Virus record (IMG/VR): IMGVR_UViG_3300037488_001588
Location: 1-60,234 of that record
DNA length: 60,234 nucleotides
Direction: 5' to 3' (one strand)
Origin: a virus
Taxonomy: Duplodnaviria; Caudoviricetes
The notes beneath the pieces are model-generated. The model had not been told where the DNA came from. It ran no database searches and worked only from the letters and a program-made list of their open reading frames with translations. The stretch's first letter is position 1. Each line of letters opens with the position of its first letter. The position numbers and the translations under genes are program-made. This document shows positions 44,561 through 53,115 of the stretch, in pieces.

Positions 44561-46453
44561 CTACCTCAAGTTAGCTTTTTCCAGTCTGCCCAATCCGCCC
44601 CCGGAGCCGCCGATCTTGTTCATGCCGAGACGTCCGCCTCGTGCCCGCATCGGCGGGCCCCCACCACCCATGCCAGCCATCATCGACGGAGGTGGCATGT
44701 TGGGCGGCGGTGCGCCCGGCGGCGGGCCTTGCGGCGGCATCGGAGGGGGAGGAAGCGGCATCGGAGGCGGCGGTGCCGGGATCGGACCCGGCATCGGCGG
44801 CTTGTCGTTCGCGTCCTTGCTCGGGTTCACGATGATGTTGATGTTGGTCTTGCCCTTGGTGCGGCCACCGCTCTTGCGCTCGGCGCGACCGCCTTTTTTG
44901 CGCCCGTAGCGCGCGACCATATTAGCTTCAGAATCTTCCCTATCCGCGGCCAAAGCGGCTGCATCTGCGCGTTCCATTCGCGGAAAATTTTTGGCTTCTG
45001 CCTTCCGCTGAGCGTAATCAAGTTTGCCCATACGGGCTACTTCTGACCCCCCAACGCGGCGCGGGTACATGCCCTGTCTGTCGTCAACGCGGTTGACCGC
45101 GTCTGCCAGTACATCGCCGCCGCCGGCCTTCGGCATGCGGTCGCCGGTCGGGCGTGTGCCGCCGTAGTAGGTGCCGCCGCCGCTCTTGTAGCCGCCGATG
45201 CTTTCGGCCTTCATCAGCGCGTCGAGGTTCTTGTACTTGGGCGCGCGCGGCGCGTCCAAATAGATGTCGGGGTAGCGGGGCTCACGCGACGGCGGCGGCG
45301 GCATATCTTCGTAGTTGTCAGTCGAAGATTTGCCGGGTCCGTAACCGCGCGTCGGGGCGTCGCCGGGGATGGCCTTCTTGTCCATGCCGCCGCCGACCTG
45401 CTTCTTGGTGCGGCCGCTCTTCCCCACGCCGCCACCATTTTTCTTTGTTCCCAGACCGTTAATGGCCGGGAAGAACCCTCTCTGGCTGTTCTCAGGGCGG
45501 CCTGTTGCCTGCCCGCCGCCCTTGGTGTCGGGTCCGCGTGTGGGAGCGTCGCCGGGGATAGCTTTTTGAGGCGGCGGCGCGTCCTCATAGGGCGTCTTGT
45601 CGGCCGGGCCGCCGACCTGCTTCTTGGTGCGGCCGCCCTTCTTCATGCCGCTTTCTTTTGAGTTGACGCCGAGCATGGCGTCGTAATCACCGCGCTCCAA
45701 ATCCCGCAACGCGCGAGGATCGGAGCGATCCGTCCTGTCCCTGATGAACGGCGGCGACAGCTCGCGCGGCGCGCGCCGCTCGGCGCGATACACATAGGTG
45801 GCATCTTTGAGGTTTCGGCCGTCGTCCAAGGTGTCGTTTATGCGGCGATTCATCGCCTTTGCCTCCCCCGCCGTCATGCCGCCGCCGCCCTGTTTCTCGG
45901 CGCGCTTCATGGCGGTCGGCTTGACCATCTTCCGGACCATCGCCTTGTCTTCGGCGGCATCGTCGTGGACCTTCCCGCCCTTCTTCATCTGGCTGTTCTT
46001 CACGGCGTTGGCGTGAGCGGAAGCACCGTCGTCGCCGCCCGATCCGCCGCCTTCGATCAGCTTCTTGCCCATCATGATGGGCGAGAGCATCTCAAGGGCG
46101 CCGATACCGCCGCCGCCTTCCTTGCGGGTGCGTCCGCCCTTCTTCATGCCGCCGACATGCGGCGAGCCGAACTTGTCACGGTTGGCCTGCTTGGTGTCCC
46201 TCGTCGAGATCTCGTCGGCGACGTTGCCCCGGGACTTCTTGTCGGCCCTGCGCGGCCCCCGATCGCCCTGAATGCGCCCGCCCAGCTTGTAGGCGCGGGG
46301 GCTGACCGGCCGCATGCCGGTCTTCTTGGTCGAGTTCATGTTGGTCGGCTGCTCGTAGGAGCTGGCGTCGACCTTGCCTGCACTCTGGCCGGACGAAAGA
46401 CGCTTGGCCTTGGCGCGCATGGCGGCCCGGGCAGACTTTGAGGCCTCGCTCAT
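44561..46453 (-). CDS. Basic low-complexity protein punctuated by about 15 xxxGG motifs
   Basis: 630 aa; YKLGG, MKKGG x3, KQVGG x2, KKNGG, YKSGG, RKKGG, RKSGG, RARGG and others; Pro-rich C-terminus. Confidence 0.8.
   Translation of the reverse strand: MSEASKSARAAMRAKAKRLSSGQSAGKVDASSYEQPTNMNSTKKTGMRPVSPRAYKLGGRIQGDRGPRRADKKSRGNVADEISTRDTKQANRDKFGSPHVGGMKKGGRTRKEGGGGIGALEMLSPIMMGKKLIEGGGSGGDDGASAHANAVKNSQMKKGGKVHDDAAEDKAMVRKMVKPTAMKRAEKQGGGGMTAGEAKAMNRRINDTLDDGRNLKDATYVYRAERRAPRELSPPFIRDRTDRSDPRALRDLERGDYDAMLGVNSKESGMKKGGRTKKQVGGPADKTPYEDAPPPQKAIPGDAPTRGPDTKGGGQATGRPENSQRGFFPAINGLGTKKNGGGVGKSGRTKKQVGGGMDKKAIPGDAPTRGYGPGKSSTDNYEDMPPPPSREPRYPDIYLDAPRAPKYKNLDALMKAESIGGYKSGGGTYYGGTRPTGDRMPKAGGGDVLADAVNRVDDRQGMYPRRVGGSEVARMGKLDYAQRKAEAKNFPRMERADAAALAADREDSEANMVARYGRKKGGRAERKSGGRTKGKTNINIIVNPSKDANDKPPMPGPIPAPPPPMPLPPPPMPPQGPPPGAPPPNMPPPSMMAGMGGGGPPMRARGGRLGMNKIGGSGGGLGRLEKANLR
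45389..45636. repeat. 29-bp exact direct repeat at 45389-45417 and 45608-45636
   Basis: GCCGCCGACCTGCTTCTTGGTGCGGCCGC, encoding GRTKKQVGG. Confidence 0.9.
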
Positions 46454-49400
46454 GCGGGTGCTCCTTTGTGGACGAGCTGTAGCGCCCGATCGACGATCGA
46501 CCGGCCGTTGGCTGGTGTGTCAGTTTTACCACGAAGAAGTCGCTTCCGAAAGACGCCGGCCTCCCCGCGATTGGCGGCGCCGCCCGCCGCGCGGGTCAGC
46601 CGGGTTTTTTCGCGGAGCTTTTTGGCGAACTCTTCTTCAAGTTCTTGCCCAGCACGACCGAGTTCGGCTGTGGGATCTCTTTTGAGGAGGTCGACCAGCC
46701 GTGATTTATAAGCTTGCCCATGATTGTCCTCATTCCAGTCGTTGCGGGCCTTCATGATCTCCGCTTCATGCATCTTGGCATGAACATCGAACGGAAGACT
46801 TTCCGCCATGCGTCGTATAGGCCCTTCTACGGCATCATTCAAGATCTTCATGGTCCCTGTGCCGCCCCTGTCGATCAGGGCCCTGATGCCGACCTTGCCG
46901 TCTACCGTGCGAATGGGCTGGTAGCCCTGAAAGAGCGCTTTTTTGGTGCCTTTCAGGGGGTCGGCATCCATGACTTTACCCCAGAAATCACGCAAACCCT
47001 CGTCCGTGTGGAGATTGTGATCTCCATCGGCGATGAAATCGACCGCAAAGCCCTTCGGGGCCGACGTCACGGGCTTCACACTGTTCGACCACACCTCGGT
47101 TTGCTGCAAAAGGTGCCCGAGAGCGTTCGAGGCGATCTCGGCGCCCTCTTTCGTGGCCAGCGCCTGACCCACGGTCGACGGGTTCTGATACTGCTGCCAG
47201 CCGCCCGTGCCGTGGACGATGTCGCGGACGTCGATGCCGGCCAGTTTCGATGCATGCTCGATCGCTTTCTGCGTCATGTGGTGCGTCAGCTCGTACTGAT
47301 CGGCCGGCGCGAGCTTTGCGAAGGCATCTCCGTACTTCTTGTGCCAAGGCGAGCCTTCCCCGGGCGCCAGCTCCATTGAGATGCGTCGCATGTTCCGGTC
47401 AAGACCGCTTACGACATCGTCTGCCTGATTGGCCGTGAGCTTCGTCATGCCCATCCAGCCGACAGCCTGCACTTCCATTGGCGTCCAGTCGTTACGGCCC
47501 TGCCAGTTTATGTTGTTCAGATGCTCCGTGATCTGCTGCCCAAACTGCGCGCGGTTTTCGTACTGTGTCTCGCTCGGAGACCCCGCCATGTCGACCCTGA
47601 TTCGGGCGATGTCCTCCGCATTGTACCCGAGCCGCGTCAGGTGATTGATCAATTTCTGATCCACGATACCTGTATCGCGCGCGGTGTGGACATCGACCAC
47701 GAAGGGCTTGCCGCCATCGGGATGGTTCGCCATCCACGACCGCACGTCCTTGCCCTCGGCTGAGTCCACGAAATCGGAGATCTTCTGCCCGACGCCCGTG
47801 ATCGGCCTCTTGGCGATGACGGATCGGGCAGCCGCCGTCGGGTTCGGCATGCCTGCGGCACGCATCTGGTCTTCTGGGACGCCTCGGTTCATCTGCTCCT
47901 TCTGCAGGAGGACGTTGTTCATGGCGCCGCTGACGTCGACATTCTGTTGCGTCACCAACCAGCCGCGCATGTACTCCTTGGCCCTCTCCGCGTCGCCGTG
48001 CGTTTGCTGGAGGAACGTGTCGTAGACTTTTTGGTACCACCCGGATGCGTCACGAATTTCGGCAGGTTCTAGGATATTTTCGTGCCGACGAACCCAGTCT
48101 TCTGGCGTGATACGACCAACCACGAAATCGGGCTTCTTCTTCGGGACGATGCCAGTGGTCGGATCGGGACTCGGTTCGGGGGCCCGAATAACGGTGCGCG
48201 GATTGGCGGGCATGCCGGGCGCATCCTCTCCCGATTGCGTGGCTTTCGCGGCTCGTGCCAGCTTCAGGCGTAGACGTTCCGCTGCCGGGGCTCTCGGAAA
48301 GATCAGACCGCGATCGGCATTGGCCTGCATGACCTGTTCGGACTGAGCTTGCGGCGTGGTCGATAGACTGTGAACGGTAGTCATCGGATCAACCGGTTGC
48401 CTCACAGGCCTTGGCGCCTGTGTCTGCAGGATCTGCTGCGCCTGCTGCACTACAGGGTGCTCGTCGGGCACTATCTGCAGAGCTTGCGATACGATGCCGG
48501 TATCGTTGGGTGGCACGGAACCTCCTCTGGCGTACGCCGTCTGGCCCTTCAGGATGCTGGCGCGCATCTTGGGGGTGATATCGATCGAGTGTAGCTTGGC
48601 GTCCTCGACATTGTCGCGGGCGTAATCATTTCGGTAGCCCATGCGCTCCTGCCGAGACATGCCGCCCCACACACGCGATGACAGCTCGTGATGCTGGCGG
48701 ATGTCTTCGTCGTTGACCTTGGACATGTCGGGTTCGACACGAACCGGATGTGTGTGCAGCTTCACCTCGGCCGACGGGTCGTGCTTCTTCACCAGCTTCT
48801 GCAGCGCAGACGGCACGATCTTGTCGTAGTAGCCCTTCATGCCCTCGCCGCCGACCTTGAGGTCGAGACCTTCGTACGTGCGGTTGTGCGCGCCGCGCGC
48901 CGGATCCGCTGCCTTGTGATCCGCGATGATCTTCTCCGCGAGATCCTTGCCGATGTGCCTGTGCAGCTCCTCGAACGGCACCGAGTCGCCGCCGACCTCG
49001 TGGTAATCGTTTGCACCCTTCGGGCGAACGGCCAGCTCGACGTGCCCCGGCTTGCTTGGTCGGCTCGTCGTGTAGATCGCGTCAACCTGCTTGCTGAGAT
49101 CGTACCGCTTGGCCTGCTCCTCGCCCGGCGTGATCAGCAGCTTGTCGTAGCCGCCCTTGGCGGCCTCGTGCAGCGCCCGCTTCAGCCCGAGGTCGGTCCA
49201 CTTCGCGGTGCTGTCGACGTAGGGCGCGCGCGGCACGCCGGCACTTTCCTCGCGTACAGCCGCGTGACCTTCCGCCGCCTGCTGGCTGCCGAAGCCGCCC
49301 GAGAAAGAGCCGTCGGGCCATGTGACTTTCCACAGGCCGTGTTCTTGGGGTTCCACTTTCCCCGGCTCCCGTTTGTCGTCGCGGAAACCCGTCTCCCGTC

Positions 49401-50574
49401 CTTGCTGCCCCCAGTCGCTCTGCAGCTCCTCCAGATGCAGCGCCTTGCCGCCGCCCGGCAGCTTGCGATCGCTGAGACGGAGGTGGGCGAGGACGTTGGG
49501 CTCGTCCCAGTGGCTGGATCGGTAGTTGTTCGCGCCCGCTTCACGGTTGCTCTGTTCTGCTTTGTCCTGCAGCTCGTCATGCCGCATGAGCGCCTGCGCG
49601 TACGCTGTCCGCATGTCCGACCTGTTCGGCGCGTTCGCTTCGTTGGCCTGTCGCAACGCCGAGAAGGCGTCCGCCTTGGCGCGGCGTGCCTGTTCGAGAT
49701 CCGCCAATACCTTACGATGCTCGTCGGCGGATGCCGGCGGCATGTGCATCAGCAGCTCGCGGTAGTTCTCACCGCCGGGCAGTGTCTTATCCTCGAACTT
49801 GGGTGCTGTGTTGCGCCCAATACCGCCAAGTTGCGTCTCCTGCACGTTCGGCAGGCCGCTCCTGAAGTGCTGCACGACCTCGTCTCGCGTCACCATCGGC
49901 TTGGCGCCCAGCTTCTCGTCGAAGCCGCTCCACTTCAGCTCGTCGGGCTTCACGCCCTTGTTCAGGAGCGTCGACCGGACCTGCGCAGGTGGTGCCTGCT
50001 GCTGGAGGGCCGTCTGCGCGATCTGGGCGGCGTGGCTGTAGAGGCCCTGCTGGTTCAGGTCGGGCGGCGTGTCGACAGCACCGCCGTCGGCGTAGGCGGT
50101 GTCGGTCTGCTGGTAGGCCGACGGCAGGTAGATGTCCCTTGCCGGCATGCCGCGTTGCTGCGCGGACCACACCAGCTGCCGATATTTCCCGGCGTACAGC
50201 GTGCCCGGTTTGTTCAGCAGCCCGGCCGCATTCTCGTAGCTGGAAGGCTTGTCGGGCCACGCTCTAGTGTAGCTGTCGGGGTGCGTATCGTTGGCGTGAG
50301 ACACCAAGGAGTACAGCTCGGGGTCGTCGCTCGCGTCAAACCCACCGTCCCGCCCGTTCCCCGGCTGTGTAACGCGCATCGCGCCTGACTTGATGAGATT
50401 CTCGGCGTTCAGCGGAGGATATGTACCCACTGCGGGGTCGCTGAAGTACTCGTTCGAGGGGCGAACCTCGCCGCCGTCGGCGTAGCGACCGGTCGTCGAG
50501 ACCACGCGCTTCGCGCGCTTGTAGGGGTCGCGCGCGGTGAGAAGCGCGGCGCGTGCGGCCTTGCTACTGTCCAT
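46450..50574 (-). CDS. Large modular (polyvalent-like) protein with YAxGG-delimited domains
   Basis: 1374 aa; LPGGENYRELL...HWDEPNVLAHLR...EELQSDW...KRALHEAA.GGYD domain; second domain with WY...KISDF...VVDVH...QAVGW. Confidence 0.75.
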   Translation of the reverse strand: MDSSKAARAALLTARDPYKRAKRVVSTTGRYADGGEVRPSNEYFSDPAVGTYPPLNAENLIKSGAMRVTQPGNGRDGGFDASDDPELYSLVSHANDTHPDSYTRAWPDKPSSYENAAGLLNKPGTLYAGKYRQLVWSAQQRGMPARDIYLPSAYQQTDTAYADGGAVDTPPDLNQQGLYSHAAQIAQTALQQQAPPAQVRSTLLNKGVKPDELKWSGFDEKLGAKPMVTRDEVVQHFRSGLPNVQETQLGGIGRNTAPKFEDKTLPGGENYRELLMHMPPASADEHRKVLADLEQARRAKADAFSALRQANEANAPNRSDMRTAYAQALMRHDELQDKAEQSNREAGANNYRSSHWDEPNVLAHLRLSDRKLPGGGKALHLEELQSDWGQQGRETGFRDDKREPGKVEPQEHGLWKVTWPDGSFSGGFGSQQAAEGHAAVREESAGVPRAPYVDSTAKWTDLGLKRALHEAAKGGYDKLLITPGEEQAKRYDLSKQVDAIYTTSRPSKPGHVELAVRPKGANDYHEVGGDSVPFEELHRHIGKDLAEKIIADHKAADPARGAHNRTYEGLDLKVGGEGMKGYYDKIVPSALQKLVKKHDPSAEVKLHTHPVRVEPDMSKVNDEDIRQHHELSSRVWGGMSRQERMGYRNDYARDNVEDAKLHSIDITPKMRASILKGQTAYARGGSVPPNDTGIVSQALQIVPDEHPVVQQAQQILQTQAPRPVRQPVDPMTTVHSLSTTPQAQSEQVMQANADRGLIFPRAPAAERLRLKLARAAKATQSGEDAPGMPANPRTVIRAPEPSPDPTTGIVPKKKPDFVVGRITPEDWVRRHENILEPAEIRDASGWYQKVYDTFLQQTHGDAERAKEYMRGWLVTQQNVDVSGAMNNVLLQKEQMNRGVPEDQMRAAGMPNPTAAARSVIAKRPITGVGQKISDFVDSAEGKDVRSWMANHPDGGKPFVVDVHTARDTGIVDQKLINHLTRLGYNAEDIARIRVDMAGSPSETQYENRAQFGQQITEHLNNINWQGRNDWTPMEVQAVGWMGMTKLTANQADDVVSGLDRNMRRISMELAPGEGSPWHKKYGDAFAKLAPADQYELTHHMTQKAIEHASKLAGIDVRDIVHGTGGWQQYQNPSTVGQALATKEGAEIASNALGHLLQQTEVWSNSVKPVTSAPKGFAVDFIADGDHNLHTDEGLRDFWGKVMDADPLKGTKKALFQGYQPIRTVDGKVGIRALIDRGGTGTMKILNDAVEGPIRRMAESLPFDVHAKMHEAEIMKARNDWNEDNHGQAYKSRLVDLLKRDPTAELGRAGQELEEEFAKKLREKTRLTRAAGGAANRGEAGVFRKRLLRGKTDTPANGRSIVDRALQLVHKGAPA

Positions 50575-52891
50575 CGAGTTCGTCCTGCTTCTTCTTGACG
50601 TTCTCGTACGCCGGCCGGACCAGAGGCTCGATCAGGGCGGCGCTCTCGGGATGGACGGCGACGTTCTGGGCGACATCAATGAGTTGAATTCTCTCGCGCA
50701 TGAGCTGGTCCGCCTTCTTGGTCTCCAGCTCCTTCGCCGCGAGCTGCGCATCGACGCCGAACTTGGCCGAGGCCAGACCCATCTCCTGATCGGCAACCTT
50801 CTGCTTGAGCTGGAATTCGCCGGCAGCGAGACCCGTCTTCTGCTGAGCCTGCTTCGCGTTCGTCTGTGCCGTGAGCGTCGCGGCGTCGGCCTTCTGCTTC
50901 TCGATCTGTATCTTGGCCTTCTCCGTTTCGTGCTCGGGCGGCAACCGCCCCATCGACGCGGGCGGCGCCATGAGCTGCTCGGGGTTGAAGAAGCCCAGCG
51001 TCTGCAGCGCGAGGCGCTCGACGGCGATCGGATCGTACAGCGCGGGCGATGCGGCCTGCAGGCCCTTGAGCACGCCGACCTTGACGATGCGCTGGGTGTG
51101 GCTGGACGTGTTCGGGTCCGCCTGTGGCACGAGGTTGCAGTCCTCCAGAGCCTTCAGGAACGTCTCGTGGTCCCACTGCTTGGCGGGCTTCTTGTTGCAC
51201 TGCCAGAAGCTCTCCGGGTGCTCCCTGAAGCACTGGCCGATCAGCTCGAATTCCTCGCTCTGGGATACGTGAAGGCGCTTGTGAACCGAATTGACCAGCT
51301 GCTGAGCCTGTTCGATCTGGGCGAGCATCGTGCCGACCGGCATCTGCGAGCTGCCCTCGCCGACCATCGCCTCGCTCGTGCCGCCGATGCGCTGTCCTGT
51401 CTGGGCCATGTTGTCGACCAGCGTCATCATCGCTGGCGCATGCTGCATGCTGTACGGCATCGGCATGACGGCCTGATTGATCGGCATGCCTTGCGTGTCG
51501 ATGCCCTGACCGCCGCCGGGCGGGATGCGGAACATGGTCGTGTTCTGCCGTCCGCTCTGCTTGGCGTACAGGAAGCCCGGGAAGTTCGCGAACATGCCGA
51601 GGTCGAGCAGCTCTCGCCACGCAGCCGTGATGGCGTTGGTGGTGTTGCCGAGGATGTGGAGCAAACCGATGTCGTTGAAGCCGAAGCCCGGCACGAAGGT
51701 GTACTTCACGAAGGTGCGTCGCTTCTCGGGCAGTGCGTTTCCTTCAGGCTTCGGGTAGTTGCGCACGATCGAGAGGATCTGCTTCGACGAGACGTCGATC
51801 GTGACGCGCCACGGCACCTCAAGGCCTGAGATCTTGCCTTTCCACTTGTGCTCGTACCCGGGGATGTCGGCCTCGCAATAGCACTCGTGGATCTCGTGGT
51901 CGCGGTCCTCCGGTCGCGTGCTGGCCTGCGCCTTGCCTTCCTGCTCGTTCTCGGCCTGCTTCAGGGCGTTGGTCTGCTGCGGCATCGGCGTGCCGAGCAG
52001 GACGTCGCGGTAGATGCCGAGCAGCTGCATGCGCTTGAGGAGCGACGGCGTCATGTCGATGCGATGCGTGACGCGCTTGGCGTTGTGCAGATCGGTCGCG
52101 CTGTCGTTCACGATCAGGTCGCCTGCCGTCACGGTCTCGCTGACCGGGCGCTGCCGCAGCGGGCAGTAGTAGATTTTCTTGAACGCCATGCCGCCGAAGC
52201 CGAGCTTCAGCAGCATGCGATCGGTGTCGGGATAGTACTCGCGAGCGGTCTTGGTCAGGTAGTGGTTGAAATCGTTCTGGAGGGCCTCGGCCAACTGGTC
52301 GTCGGCGATGTTCCCGTTGTTGTTGTCGTCCCTGATCTTGACCGGACCATCGGTCGGCAGCATCTCGCTGCGTGCGTTGGCCTGAAAACGAAGGCACGCT
52401 TCGAGCAACAGGGGGTGCCGCACGCGGCTCGTGCCCTCGACGCCGCTGGCGTCGGCTGACGAGGCGCCCGGCGCGCTCTCAAGTGTCAGCCCGAGCAGCT
52501 TGACGCCCTCTGCCTGCTGCTGAAGCCAGTCCTCGCGGCTGCGGATGTCGTCTGCAATGCCGCGCATCAGCTCTTCGGAGAGCGCGTTCAGCGTGGCGTC
52601 GTCGAGATCCTCGGCGATGTTCTCGTACCAGCCCTTCGGCGAGTCCGAGACGGCCTCTTTGAGGGGCCTGCCGTTGATCGAGATCGTGACCGAACCGTCG
52701 GCGTGGTCGATCTTGATGACGTTTCCGGCGCCGTCCAGCGTCGGCGTGTCGCCGTTCTCGTCGGCTTCAGGCTCCTCGACGCTGTTCTCGTTGCCGGCCG
52801 CGAGACCGGCCCCATCACGGACCACTTCCACGGCACCCTCGTCTCCCGAGAGGTCGTGAAGACGGATATTGGCGCCAGTGGCAAGGGACAT
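50564..52891 (-). CDS. Portal protein
   Basis: 775 aa after TerL; SR..W, HP.L.EA..RFQA.A..E.LP..GPVK, G..FKK.Y, PG.GF...GL.H motifs; helical C-terminal barrel. Confidence 0.85.
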   Translation of the reverse strand: MSLATGANIRLHDLSGDEGAVEVVRDGAGLAAGNENSVEEPEADENGDTPTLDGAGNVIKIDHADGSVTISINGRPLKEAVSDSPKGWYENIAEDLDDATLNALSEELMRGIADDIRSREDWLQQQAEGVKLLGLTLESAPGASSADASGVEGTSRVRHPLLLEACLRFQANARSEMLPTDGPVKIRDDNNNGNIADDQLAEALQNDFNHYLTKTAREYYPDTDRMLLKLGFGGMAFKKIYYCPLRQRPVSETVTAGDLIVNDSATDLHNAKRVTHRIDMTPSLLKRMQLLGIYRDVLLGTPMPQQTNALKQAENEQEGKAQASTRPEDRDHEIHECYCEADIPGYEHKWKGKISGLEVPWRVTIDVSSKQILSIVRNYPKPEGNALPEKRRTFVKYTFVPGFGFNDIGLLHILGNTTNAITAAWRELLDLGMFANFPGFLYAKQSGRQNTTMFRIPPGGGQGIDTQGMPINQAVMPMPYSMQHAPAMMTLVDNMAQTGQRIGGTSEAMVGEGSSQMPVGTMLAQIEQAQQLVNSVHKRLHVSQSEEFELIGQCFREHPESFWQCNKKPAKQWDHETFLKALEDCNLVPQADPNTSSHTQRIVKVGVLKGLQAASPALYDPIAVERLALQTLGFFNPEQLMAPPASMGRLPPEHETEKAKIQIEKQKADAATLTAQTNAKQAQQKTGLAAGEFQLKQKVADQEMGLASAKFGVDAQLAAKELETKKADQLMRERIQLIDVAQNVAVHPESAALIEPLVRPAYENVKKKQDELDGQ

Positions 52892-52894
52892 GTG

Positions 52895-53107
52895 TCAGTG
52901 TCTCGTCGGTGGCGGCCTCTCCAGCTCGTCGGTGAGCCGGCGCAGACCTTCCTGCGCCGCTAGGGTATCACTCGCGGCCGATATTTGGTAGACGGCCCGC
53001 CCGATGCCCGGAAAAGCCTCCTTTACCGTCACTTTCCACCAGCTTTTGGCCGATTGGCCGATCACCGGGCCGATGTAGTCGACGGTGGCCTGCAGTCTGG
53101 GTGCCAT
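52895..53107 (-). CDS. Hypothetical protein (MAPRLQATVD...)
   Basis: AGGAGG RBS before ATG 53107. Confidence 0.6.
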   Translation of the reverse strand: MAPRLQATVDYIGPVIGQSAKSWWKVTVKEAFPGIGRAVYQISAASDTLAAQEGLRRLTDELERPPPTRH

Positions 53108-53115
53108 GGTGCCTC

